From Octopus vulgaris (lineage: Eukaryota): 64,000 nt of DNA. Positions 50,025 to 62,069 of this stretch are shown here, piece after piece. Location: positions 21,886,001-21,950,000 of the forward strand of contig OX597840.1 in assembly GCA_951406725.2 (NCBI GenBank). Reading direction: 5' to 3'. Both the position numbers and the translations under genes were made by a program. A model generated the notes under the pieces. That model saw only the letters and a program-made list of their open reading frames with translations. It was not told the DNA's origin and did no database searches. Numbering within the stretch: position 1 is the first letter of the stretch; every line of letters starts with the position of its first letter.

Positions 50025-50870
50025 CCTCTTAACATAAACATCTTTTTTCAATTTCCATGCAAAAATATTATATTTAAAAAAATTTATTTTGAATTTGTAT
50101 AAAAGAAAGAATTGGTCCACAAATTATTTTGGATCAGTTCTGATTTATTATGAAGTTACTGACACCTCAACTTGCATGGAATTTTCATCCCAAATTATTT
50201 CAGCTTTTTGTTTTTAGAACAAAAAAAATAATAATGAAATAACTGAAATTACCAAGAAATCCTTTTACGATGCATATTTTGAAAACAAGAGGCAACAGAA
50301 AGGCCAACATCACAGTCAGGACAGAGGGGTCTGCTTTCTCTCCGAAACCTCTTTCCAGCTGAATCCCTTTTTCAACTGCAGACAGCACAAACTTTTGATG
50401 GACTCTTCTTCTTCTCAGTTGAAGAAATGACATCTGGGAAATCTCCTTCTGTAAGATGAGGCTTTCTTTCCAGGGTGTCCTGGCATGGAACGTGTTATGC
50501 TTGGCTGGTTTTATTGCTGGATCTTCTCAGTTACTTGAGTCCTAAAGTGCAGAGATTTTTTGCTCCCTCCGGACATCTTGTACAGATTATAAGCATTCCA
50601 TAAGGCTAGATCAATGATTTGGGAAAAATATTTCCTTATAACATCTTTTTCTTCTCTTCCTTGGAATTGGATAACCAGCCAAGTGCTGGTTGGCTCTATC
50701 TGTGCCTCCCATCGTATTGTTATAACCCATCACTGCTTCAAGCTTCTTTACAGTTTCCTCTTTTCTCTGCTTCAATCATCACTGCATCATGGAATGGTAA
50801 TGTATATTTTCATTCAAATATATATTTACTAGACATCTCTGAATGAAAATACACAGGATATGTTAAGAGG
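50025..50870 (-). mobile_element. Internally deleted piggyBac element with intact TIRs and a decayed transposase C-terminus
   Basis: Perfect 12-bp TIR CCTCTTAACATA / TATGTTAAGAGG, flanks TTAA / TTGA; minus strand reads GYNNTMGGTDRANQHLAGY..RKR..YKEIFF..IDLALWNAYNLY and a Cys-rich tail CAVC..CPDCDVGL..CF..H. Confidence 0.88.
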
Positions 50871-51327
50871 TTGACAACAGCAAAAACATTTGACTTTGTA
50901 GAAAAATAAAGATATGACTGTTTCATCTTGGCATCTGTAAAATAGATTTTAAAAGTCTCACTTTTTTTCTTATTTGTTTTATTTTTTACTAGCTTAAAAG
51001 CCGCACTCTGGGCAGACTTTTAAGCCAGCTCCTGTGGAGGGTTAATTGGGCAAAACAAAACAGAGCTAAACAGCATGACTATAACACATTTATAATGACT
51101 TATATGCCTCAGGGGATGTTTGATCAGAGGTTAATAAGGACGGATGGGAATTAATGTGGTCTTGGGTTCAGTTCTACTGTGTGGCACCTTTGGCAAGTGT
51201 CATCTGCTGTAGACCTATGGCCTAGGTTGACCAAGGCCTTTTCAGTGTATTTTGTAGACAGAAATTCAAAGAAGCTTGTTCTATCTATCTACCTGTCTGT
51301 CTGTCTGTCTACACTTACATATATGTA

Positions 51328-51423
<96 letters not shown>

Positions 51424-51715
51424 CATATATATATATATCCCTCTCTCTCTTTCGGAGAGGCACTGAGCAGCTATACGCACACAGCAGTAACTTCCACCTA
51501 CCGAATTCAATCACAAAGCTCCGGTCGGCTCGGGGCTATAGTGGAAGACACCTACCCAAAGTGCCACGCAGTGATAGGGAGATGTACTTGCATAGCAAGT
51601 GATTTGATCTGAGATTGTGTGCTGAAACGAAAACAATTGCAGCGTGGAAGGTGTTTATAAGCCATTTAAGAAACACACAAAAGCCGTTCGATTCACTTCA
51701 ACATTTAAGTTTTAA

Positions 51716-51765
51716 TTTGTCAAAATATTTTCGTCGCTAAAATCCGCAACCTGTTCACTGACAAA
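51716..51765 (-). ncRNA. Inverted second copy of the G3:C8 hammerhead-like motif
   Basis: Reverse complement of 51787-51836; its single change (GTTGC) leaves a G.U pair in stem II. Confidence 0.55.
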
Positions 51766-51786
51766 AATAATGATGCAGCACGGATT

Positions 51787-51836
51787 TTTGTCAGTGAACA
51801 GGTCGCGGATTTTAGCGACGAAAATATTTTGACAAA
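51787..51836 (+). ncRNA. Minimal type-I hammerhead ribozyme-like motif, G3:C8 core variant
   Basis: TTTGTCA-GTGAACA-G-GTCGC(ggatttta)GCGAC-GAAA-ATAT-TT-TGACAAA: stem I, core, stem II, GAAA, palindromic stem III, UH, stem I'. Confidence 0.6.
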
Positions 51837-51910
51837 TTAAACTTAATTGTTGAAGTGAATTGAACGGCTTTTGTGTGTTTCTTAAATGGCTTATAAACAC
51901 CTTCCACTGC

Positions 51911-51960
<50 letters not shown>

Positions 51961-52524
51961 GGGGGTAGGCACGGCTGTATAGTAAGAAGCTAGCTTCTTA
52001 ACCACGTGGTTCCAGGTTCAGTTCCACTGCATGGCACCTTCGACAAGAGTCTTTTGTTATAGCCTCGGGCTGATCAAAGCCTTGTGAGTGGATTTAATAG
52101 ATAGAAACTGAAAGAAGCCCATTGTATGTGTATTCATATATATATATCTTTATATATGTGTGTGTGTGTGTGTGGATTCATTTGACTAAAAATGCTTTAA
52201 GGTGGTATCCCAGCATGGCCACAGTCTAATGACTGAAACAAATAAAAGGTAAAAAAAAAATGAAGTTTAATTAGCTGAAATGAAAGACTTGTTTCACCTG
52301 GAAATCACCTGTGAACCACCTGGGAATCACCTGTTGTTGCACAACACTCAAACCAAACCTGATGCGCTATGAAGGAATGATGCTGGGATTTATAAATAGC
52401 ATTACAGATCTCCTCACCAGATGGCACTGCTAAATAAACGTGTGTTGACGTGTGATTGGCTGGGAAATAATTACACCAACAAAGTATAGATGAGGAAAAT
52501 ACAATTGGGATGTTGAATACACAG

Positions 52525-52690
52525 ACACACACATGCATACATGTGTACAGGTATTGATACATACACACACACGCATACATGTGTACAGGTATTGATACAT
52601 ACACACACACGCATACATGTGTACAGGTATTGATACATACACACACACGCATACATGTGTACAGGTATTGATACATACACACACACACAC
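52525..52690. repeat. 38-bp minisatellite, 4 copies
   Basis: gcatacatgtgtacaggtattgatac at 52535, 52573, 52611, 52649. Confidence 0.9.
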
Positions 52691-53249
52691 ATTCAAACTG
52701 AAACATAGGTAGCCATACATACACATGCATACACACATACATATGTATACTTACACATGTACGCATACACATATATACATACTAAGACATGGACACGTGC
52801 ATACACATACATCAATGCATACACACATATACATACACAGGCGTACATACATACATATACATATATACACATGCACACATAGATACATGCTTATACATAC
52901 ATGCACATGTATACACATATACACTTGCATATGCACATACATACACTTACATATACTCATGCATGCACACACACATACACACACACTCACAGATTCTCAC
53001 TTCTGCACTCAAACACATCGTCACGCTTAACACACACAGTGAACACACATACATGCCTAGATACACATGTGCCACAACACACACACACACACACATACCT
53101 GAAGATAAATACACTCATGCATGCACACAACACATTTACCATATATACACACAGGCACTTACATATATACACATATAACCGTCCATATGCTTACACACAC
53201 ATATATCCATTCACACACACACACATATATCCATTCAACACCAACATAT

Positions 53250-54020
53250 GATAACTGATGCTGACTTTGTGAAGTTCACACAGAAGTTATCTCCCACATC
53301 ATAAGCAATTGTCTGAAAATGTCATCACATTAATATCTACTGATGAGACATGATATCGTAACGAGGACACTATAATGAAATCCGTCGGAGGATGATCCAG
53401 AGGACAAAGAAATAAATGGTAGAAGCCATAGCCACTCATAATAAAAATGTAAGCACAACAGACCTGACATAGTGATTGGGGACAGAGAAAAGAATCAGTG
53501 TCCAGTTGAGGAAATCAGCTGCCCAGCAGATGTTAACATAAAGCTGAAGATCAGTGAAGAAGAGAACACTTATGCTGAACTATTGAGAAATCTGCAGTTA
53601 CTCTATCCAGATTACAAGTTCAGGTTCATACCTGTAATTATTGGGGCACTGGGCTATGTAACACACTGCCTAAAGACCAATCTTGAGAAAATAGGATTCT
53701 GAAAATCAGAAAGGAGAAAACTAATTAGAAGACTACAGATCCAATCCATCACTGGAACTGTAAAAATCTGTAAAACTTTCCAGAACTTTATTGTTGAAGT
53801 ATATATGAGCATGTCTAGATATGTAGCTATATGCATGAGAATACATACATAAAACAAATCATATAAATCTGCACATATACATACATATATACATACAGGC
53901 ATAGATACAAATAAACAAAAATACCCTGTTGTTGATGTTGAAATTCCAATGAAGGAGCCTAGAATCTCGGTTAGAAACCAGTTCTTTCTCTGTTGATAAG
54001 AAATCTTGAAATAAAACTGA
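53250..54020 (+). mobile_element. RLE-type (R2/R4/NeSL-like) non-LTR retrotransposon 3' fragment; other pieces at 26005-26235 (+) and 39755-40030 (-)
   Basis: Decayed zinc knuckle (E..SHIIS.C.KMS..Y..RHD), RPDIVI, EISCPADVNI..ENTYAEL..FIPVIIGALG restriction-like endonuclease motifs. Confidence 0.75.
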
Positions 54021-54219
54021 ACAAAGACAGACATACACACACATATAGGCACAGATGTGGCCGTGTGATAAGAAGTTTGCTTTCCAACCCCATGGTTCTG
54101 GGTTCAGTCCCACTGCATGGCACCTTGGACAAGGGTCTTTTAGTATAGCCTAGACCTGACTAAAGCCTTGTGAATCAATTTGGTAGACGGAAACTGAAAG
54201 AAGCCTGTCATATATAAGT

Positions 54220-54621
54220 ATGTATGTGTCTGTATACATGCGCATACACTCACACACAGATTCATACGCATATACAACATATACATATGCACACATACAC
54301 AAGCATACATACACATGCAAACATTCACACACATATTTACACATGCACCCTCTGACTCTCACACACATGCATATCCATACCCATACACAGAAGCACACAC
54401 TCATATACACACATGTATACGCACACACTCTCACTTGTTCACATACACAAACATACATATGTTCACATGCACACACACGTACAAAAACACACATATATAA
54501 ACAGGCACACACATACACATATATAGACACATACACACACTTTTCAAATACACACACACAAACACTTACACACTCTCTCTCTCTCATACACTCTCTCTTT
54601 CACACACATACACAAACCCCC

Positions 54622-54653
<32 letters not shown>

Positions 54654-55100
54654 GTTCTCCCTCATGCATGCACACACACACACACACACAGTGTGCACAC
54701 ACATTCTCTCTCCTCTCTTTCTCTCTCTCACACACACGTTCTCTCTCCCTCTCTCTCTCTCTCACAAACACATTCTCTCTCCCTCTTTCTCTCTCTCACA
54801 CACACATTTTCTCTCCCTCTCTTTCTCTCTCTCACACACACGTTCTCTCTCATGCACACACACACATTCTCCCTCTCTCTCTCCCTCCCTTTCTGTCTCA
54901 CACACAGTCTCCCTCTCTCTCTCACACAAACATTCTCTCTCCTCTCTTTCTCTCTCTCTCTCACATGTTCTCCCTCATGCATGCATGCACACACACACAC
55001 ACACATTCTCCCTCTCTCTCTCACACACAGTCTCCCTCTCTCTTTCTCTCTCTCTCCCCCTCTCACACACATCCACTCCCACCACCACCCACACTCGTTC
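54220..55100. repeat. Compound (CA)n/(CT)n low-complexity tract
   Basis: Direct reading. Confidence 0.9.
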
Positions 55101-56024
55101 CCATTCTCCAAAGAGAATCAGCAGAAAACAAAACCATTCTCTTGGATTAATGGAGAGGATTTTTTTCCCTTCTTTTCTTTGCAGAGAAAAATCTTACAGA
55201 AATAATAACAAAAACAAAAAATATGGAAAACAACACAACAAAAATTATAAAACAAAAAGGAATACAAACAACAACAACAACAATCACAATAAAACTCTAA
55301 AACCAAATTGCTATGAAAAAAAATATTGTTTTTCATTTGAAGGAAAGGAAATAATGTCTGAGGCTGCGTGAAATACTCTCCTTCTTCTTGTTGTTGTTGC
55401 TGTTGTTGTTGTTAGTGTTAGTGTTGTTGCATTGTTTTTTTTTGTTGTTGCTGTTGCTCTTATGCTGTTGCTGCTGCTGGTGCTGTTGTTCTTCTTCTCC
55501 TTCTTTTTCTTCTTCTTCTTCTTCACCTCCTCCTTCTTCTTCTTCCTCTTCTTCTTTCTTCCTCTTCTTCTTTCTTCCTCTTCTTCTTTCTTCCTCTTCT
55601 TCTTCACCTCCTCCTCCTCCTCCTCCTTCTCCTTTCTTCTTCTTCACCACCTCCTCCTCCTCCTCCTCCTCCCCCTTCTTCTTCCTGTTGTTAGTGATGT
55701 CTTTTTATTGTTGTTGCTACTTATTGTTGTCATCGTTGTTGTTGTTGTTGTTGTTCTCTCACCACTGCATTGCTGCTGCTGCTGCTGGCCTTATTCTCTC
55801 GCTGCTGTGCAACTTGCTGTTGTTGTGTTTTTTTCACTGATGTTTCTGTCATTGTTGTTGTTGTCCCTGCTGTGATGACTGCCAAATGCTTCCGTTGTTG
55901 TTTGAAACCAGATCACAACGGAAAGAGGGGGGGCAGATCCTGCCTCCCTCAGTGTGGCCTCTGATGGTTTGACACTCAGCCATTCTGCTGCAGGATCGAA
56001 GATGGTCGTCGTTTTTAGTTCACT

Positions 56025-56380
56025 AGGTGAACATGGAAGCATCTGGCCTTATTTCACATTGGCTGGTGAACGCAGAGCTATGCGACCTAGTTCACTGTAG
56101 CTGGTGAACAATTTGTGAATGACTTTATTTTCAACTTTGATTGCTGAACATGGAAGTGTGTGGCCTTATTTCACATCGGTTGGTGAACATGGAAGTGTGT
56201 GGCCTTATTTCACATCGGTTGGTGAACATGGAAGTGTGTGGCCTTATTTCACATTGGCTGGTGAACATAGAAGTGTGTGGCCTTATTCCACTTTGAACAT
56301 GGAGGTGAGAGGCCTATTTCATGAAGCTAGTGAACATATTTGTGAGTGGCTTTATTCCACTTTGGTTGGTGAAGATATAA
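56025..56380. repeat. 39-bp minisatellite (ggtgaacatggaagtgtgtggccttatttcacatcggtt), about 9 copies
   Basis: Near-identical central copies, diverged edges. Confidence 0.9.
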
Positions 56381-56633
56381 ACATTGGATAATATGTAAAA
56401 ACATTAACTTAACTGTCATCTCTCTGTTTCAGTCCATAATTAGGGTCCGTTCTGTTTGGCAACCACTTTTCAATTTCTTCTATTTTGGCTCCTCTTGGTT
56501 TCATATTTGGTGTGGGTAAAGCAGAATGCCACCAATATTCCATTTGCTTACAGTTGACAACATCTGCAGTCACGCATAAAACGACAGCTTCTAAATCCTA
56601 TTTTCTGACTGGGTAAAAGTTATCAAACTTTAA

Positions 56634-56853
56634 CCCCTTCGTTACCAACCTGGCTGAAACCAGCTCTGGTTCTGAGTACAAATGTCTCATTTTCATAAAT
56701 GTTGAATTAAAATCTTCCACCAAACCTTAGTCACAATTTATATTCCTAACACTAGTTGAATGATAGCTAAGTTATTTTATTAAATTCTTTATTATATTTA
56801 AAGTAATTGAAAGAAACACAGAACATCTCAAAATAAATACAGTAACAAAAGGG
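56634..56853. mobile_element. Second piggyBac-type MITE family
   Basis: TTAA-CCCCTTCGTTAC...GTAACAAAAGGG-TTAA. Confidence 0.75.
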
Positions 56854-58137
56854 TTAAACCTCTGCAACTATGCTTCTGTGGTGGTGAGCAGGAGGAGGAC
56901 ATGGGGGTTGGTGATGATATTTTATTTTGATAATTGTGTGGCTGTGTGGTAAGAAGCTTGTTTTGCAACCATATGGTTCTGGGTTCAGTCCCACTGCGTG
57001 GCACCTTGGGCAAGTGTCTTCTTCTATAGCCTTGGGCCAACTAAACCTATGTGAGTGGATTTAGTAGATGGAAACTGAACAAAACCTGTCTTATATATAT
57101 AAATATATGTATGTATATATATGTGTATGTATATATATGTGTATGTATATATATGTGTATGTATATATATGTGTATGTATATATATGTGTATGTATATAT
57201 ATGTCTTTGTGTCTGTGTTTGTACCCCCACCCTGTCATCGCTTGACAACTGGTGATGATGTGTTTATGTCCCTGTAACTTAGTGGCTTGGCAAAAGAGAC
57301 CAATAGAATAAGTACTAGGCTTAAAAAATAAGTCCTGGGGTCAATTTGTTCAACTAAAACAGTTCAAGGTAGTGCTCCAGCATGGCCACAGTCAAATGAC
57401 TGAACCTAGTTAGAGAATAAAAGAATGAAATTTTGTGGCTATGGCCCTGAGTCTGTTGTGAATAAATGAATTTTCATTTTGCGTATTTCTTCATTATCTG
57501 GTTAATGAATTGTTTTGACAGCCACATTGAAAATAACTTCCAAGAAAATATCATGATTTTATGCTCAAACAATAAAGAATTTGTGGCACATTCAATTTAA
57601 AATCATTCTAAAAACTCATTATTTTTACCAAATAACTAATATACTTCAGCTAAATGGTAAATATCGCTGCGACAGATGGAAAATACATTCTCCATAACTC
57701 TGCCAAATGGTTAATAAATATCTGAAAAAGCGAAAAACTATTGTTGCCAAATGTCGGATATAATTCTATCAAATAACAGAGATGGAATGAAAAATGCATG
57801 TCTACCAAAATATAAAAAGATCTTCATCAAATGAGAAAGGTATGAGTCTCTAATGAGAGATTGAATAGCTTACTAGATTAGATGCGATTATAAACAGATC
57901 AGCTTTTCATTTTTCTAGGGTTAGGCTTTAATCAAATGATGTGGACACCTTTGATGAGACTCTAATGACAGCAGAAAAATCATTTAAGCACTGGTGATGG
58001 TGCCATGTAAAATGCACCGAGTACACTCTGTGGTGTGATTGTCATTAGGAAGGGAATCGAGCCAAAACAGGCTGGAACCTAATGTGACCCCTGTCCTTGC
58101 CAGTTTCTGTCAAGCCATCCAACCCATGTAAGCATGG

Positions 58138-58177
<40 letters not shown>

Positions 58178-58212
58178 AGAGTACTAGGTTTCGAACATTA
58201 ATTTTTAGTGCC

Positions 58213-58281
58213 CTTGCTGATGAAGAACACAGATAACAAATTATTTTATTTGTTCATTAATGTTTGAAACCTAGGGGCAAG
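58213..58281 (+). ncRNA. Degenerate type-I hammerhead-like motif (canonical CTGATGA, cleavage dinucleotide lost)
   Basis: CTTG-CTGATGA-a-GAACA...TGTTT-GAAA-CCTAGG-gg-CAAG; short inverted copy at 58184-58202. Confidence 0.4.
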
Positions 58282-60223
58282 TGGTAACTATTGGAAATGG
58301 TTTTATTTTTCATCCCCTTTGAAATTACTCTTTACCATGGTTTGGTCTGTTCCTTTTAGCATGTAAGGTGTCCTGTTAGAGTCACCTCTTTTGTGTATAA
58401 ATGTACACAAATTTTATACATACATATGTGTGTGTGCACACGTATGTGTGTGTGTGATGGTCTTCTATCAGTTTCCCTCTATCACCAAGGGCCACATCAG
58501 GGGCTGCACCAAAGGCCACACCAGACTCCATTGTCTGTTCTGGCATTGTTTCTATGGCCCTTCCTGACACCATCCACTCCACATTATATAAATTTTCTTC
58601 TAAATAATTCATAAACCAATTCGTCAATATTGAAAACATGTTTCATAACTGACGTCACATTTTCTCCAAACAAACAACAAACAAACATAAACACTTGTTG
58701 AACAGATTTTGTCATGCAAATGACATCTGAGAAATTTTTAATTTCCAAGAATTCTCTTTTATTCTCAATCCACAAAGCCACCCCCACCCATTCACTCCTC
58801 CAAACCCCAACTAATAACCATTCCAACAATAAACCAATATTAATTTCCTGGTTTTTATATCTATATTTTTATATATTTATTAGTCAATTTGTTTGCTAAT
58901 GTTTCATCAATTTGTCGCTGACGGACGAAGCCAAACAAGCTTCAGCATGTCTCCAGCTTCTTCCGTACTTTACAGAGAAACAAAACAACAACAAAAAAAA
59001 AACGATATTAATCATAAATTATCAATTTATTTTCTATCTCATTATTTGATCTGATTTTAACCATTTAATATTCCATTCCACTTTTTTTTCCATATTGACA
59101 TATAAAAAGAGCCCCTTCGGTCATGAATGACCATGGGATTGCACCTAGAAAGTTACCCTTCGAAGCACAAACCCAAGCATACCAACCTCCCCTCCTCATG
59201 CCACTGATGTTATCCAAGGGAAAGGCAAAAGGGCCGATACAGCTTGGCACCAGTGACATTGCAACTCATTTCTACAGCTGAGGGAACTGGAGCAATATGA
59301 AATAAAGTGTCTTGCTCAAGAACACAACATGCAGCCCAGTCTGGGAATCGAACTCACTACCTCATGATTGGGAGCTCGACACTCTAACCACTGAGCCATG
59401 TGCCTTCACATATTGACAAATACAGAGAGAATATAGGTATTTTAATGTTGGTGCACAGAACATTTGCAACTTCTGTTTACCACGAAAGTCAAATTCCTAC
59501 AGAGCAATGGTTTCGACTGTGATTTTCGGGACATGTTTACACTTTAGGAGATTTCTGCTAGCTTTTTTGGAACCGCTGGAAGATGATAGCTAATGGGAGA
59601 CAGAGATCATCTCCTATTGTTTACTCTCATAACTGAATGATGGCAGTGCGGCCAGAAGTCGATAGCCATTATGGTGTATCGTCAGTCTTGGGGTCTGGCG
59701 ATACGCCATAAAGTCAAACCCTTTATGGATGGGAAACCCAGGGTAAGCCCATAAATTGGCTTTCACCAGGGAAAAATCTAGACTACTCTACTTCTTAGAG
59801 TGTGCCCCTTCTCTGGGTTTATGTTTTTCTAAAAACGATATATGTATATCAGAAATATTAAATTTCTAAATATCTCATAGAGATATGTACGGTGGTGGGG
59901 CAATAGAATGGTTGTATACTGTCAATTTAATGTGACAGTAGGGGATTACACCACCGCTGTTTAACCCTAGGAAGCATCAACACTTCCTGTCAGCTTCGAC
60001 ACATTTCCTGTGTCCTTATATATGTATATATATATATATATGAGTGAGTAGATGAACACATTTATTGGGAGTTCAGATTTTCAATGGTCTATGATAAGCA
60101 TCATATCATGCTTTCAAATTTTAAATATCACAGAATTTGAATCAAACTATTTTGATTAATATTATATATATATATATATATATCATCATCATCGTTTAAC
60201 GTCCGTTTTCCATGCTAGCAAGG

Positions 60224-60267
<44 letters not shown>

Positions 60268-60299
60268 CTCGTCTCTCTGGTGAGGGTAAAATAAATGAA

Positions 60300-60630
60300 C
60301 CTACTTATGTATATACTGTCTCTTCTGGAGAGACCTACGTGAGGGTCAGTGTAGATAATCTGGTGTTGGGTGTGCTCTCAAGAATTTGTTGGTATCTTAC
60401 ATTATAGAATTTCCAAGTGATATATCTGAACGAACCATGTCGTCGTATAAAACTGACAAAAGGTTGCTTTCTTCAGTATTTATGCACCAACAATGTCTTA
60501 TTCTGGTGAAAGTGTCGGACAGTTTTATGATGATTCTAACACAATTATTGAGGAAAGTACCAATTTCTGACCAGCTGGTCATATTGGGAGATTTCAATGC
60601 AAGTGTCGGAAATGACTATTTTATGGCTTT
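60300..60630 (+). mobile_element. RTE-like LINE APE endonuclease fragment
   Basis: YTVF..SGVG..; VPISDQLVILGDFNASVG. Confidence 0.7.
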
Positions 60631-61306
60631 TGTAGCAGAGCTGCAGGAATATACGGAGCTCTTGAACAGATTGTTTTAGGCCAACATGACAGATAGACAG
60701 ACAGATAGATAGGCAGACAGACGGACCAACAGATAAATAGGTAGACAGATGGCTCTGCGTGTATCTTTGTGTTTGTCCCCTCTGCACTGCCTGGCAACTG
60801 GTGTTGGTGTGTTTATGTCCTTGTAACTTAGCAGTTCAGCAAAGGAAACCAATAGAATAAGTATCAGCCTTAAAAAAAAATAAAATAAAAGTACTGGCGT
60901 TGGTTCATTCAACTTCGAGGTGGTGCTCCAGCATGGCCACATTCTAATGACTGAAACGAATAAAAGGTAAATGATAAAAGACGATGGAGACAGCAATCAT
61001 TTGTTTACCTGCCTGCACCCCTCCCTACCCCCAGCTCCCCTGATACAGCAGACTTACCTGTCCCTTGTTGAGAGGGGGTGGGTGGAGATTATGTAAGGGG
61101 AGTGGGAGTGGGGAGGGGGCATACTCTGTGAGATGGGCATGGGTGGAACCAACAGATGTGAAATAAATATCATTGCAGCAGCAGCAGTAATAGTAGTAGT
61201 AGCAACAGATGTGGTAGTAGTAGTAGTAGTGGTAACAGTTAATCTTGGTCCATGTTTACAATAAACATACTACTGTCAATACCATTGTTATACAAGGCTT
61301 AAGATA

Positions 61307-61362
<56 letters not shown>

Positions 61363-61695
61363 ATATATATATATATATATAGTATATATACAGACACAAA
61401 TATGATACATGTGTGTGTTCACATATGCAAGTAAACATATATATATGATTATAAATTACACATACACACATACATACCTGTATATGTATAGATATATATA
61501 TGTGTATATGTATATACATATATATATGTGTGTGTGTGTGTGTATTAATATGCACACATGTAAAATCATAAAACCGTTTATAGGGCATATATATATACAT
61601 ACATACACACACACACACACACATATACATACACACACACATATATATATATATATGGCCTATAAGCGGTTTTATTATTTTACATGTGTGCATAT

Positions 61696-61746
61696 CCATC
61701 TATCTATCTGCCTGTCTATCTATCTATCTATCTATCTATCTGTCTA

Positions 61747-61789
<43 letters not shown>

Positions 61790-61854
61790 GCCTGTCTATC
61801 TATCTATCTATCTATCTGTCTGTCTATCTATCTATCTATCTATCTATCTGTCTG

Positions 61855-61905
<51 letters not shown>

Positions 61906-61910
61906 GTCTA

Positions 61911-61945
<35 letters not shown>
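61696..61945. repeat. (CTAT)n/(CTGT)n tetranucleotide microsatellite
   Basis: Direct reading. Confidence 0.9.
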
Positions 61946-62069
61946 ATTTACATGGGAAGATAGATAGAACTGAATGAACAGAGCAGCCACCTTCCTTTGC
62001 TGCTACTTACCGAAAAATGGTTAAACACAAAATTGGGAAACAAAACATCTTGACTCACTTAATAACAAT

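Larger units (their letters stand above)
51575..51914. mobile_element. Fold-back (inverted pseudo-LTR-like) Penelope-type remnant
   Basis: About 130-bp inverted arms at 51638-51768 and 51784-51914, each with a hammerhead-like motif; abuts (TA)n. Confidence 0.55.

Noticed and set aside
53940-54000. Hammerhead-like pattern in the 3' UTR of the RLE element (CCAATGA..GAAA-CCAG-TT)
   Set aside because: Core lacks U4 and G5 and stem I is poor; cannot be supported from this copy
54220-55371. 383-aa ORF, the longest in the track
   Set aside because: Translation of (CA)n/(CT)n repeats; open only because these repeats lack stops
55311-55875. Poly-Glu/Lys/Gln ORFs
   Set aside because: Trinucleotide microsatellite mosaic; at most UTR sequence
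56025-56380. CRISPR-like array
   Set aside because: Units are contiguous with no unique spacers, there are no cas genes and the context is eukaryotic; it is a minisatellite
57540-57990. Decayed Penelope endonuclease end with CTAATGA and TTGATGA hammerhead relics
   Set aside because: Too degenerate to call by eye; needs a profile search
59480-59620. HDV-like ribozyme suggested by GCTAATGGGAG
   Set aside because: Could not identify the P1, P3 or L3 elements
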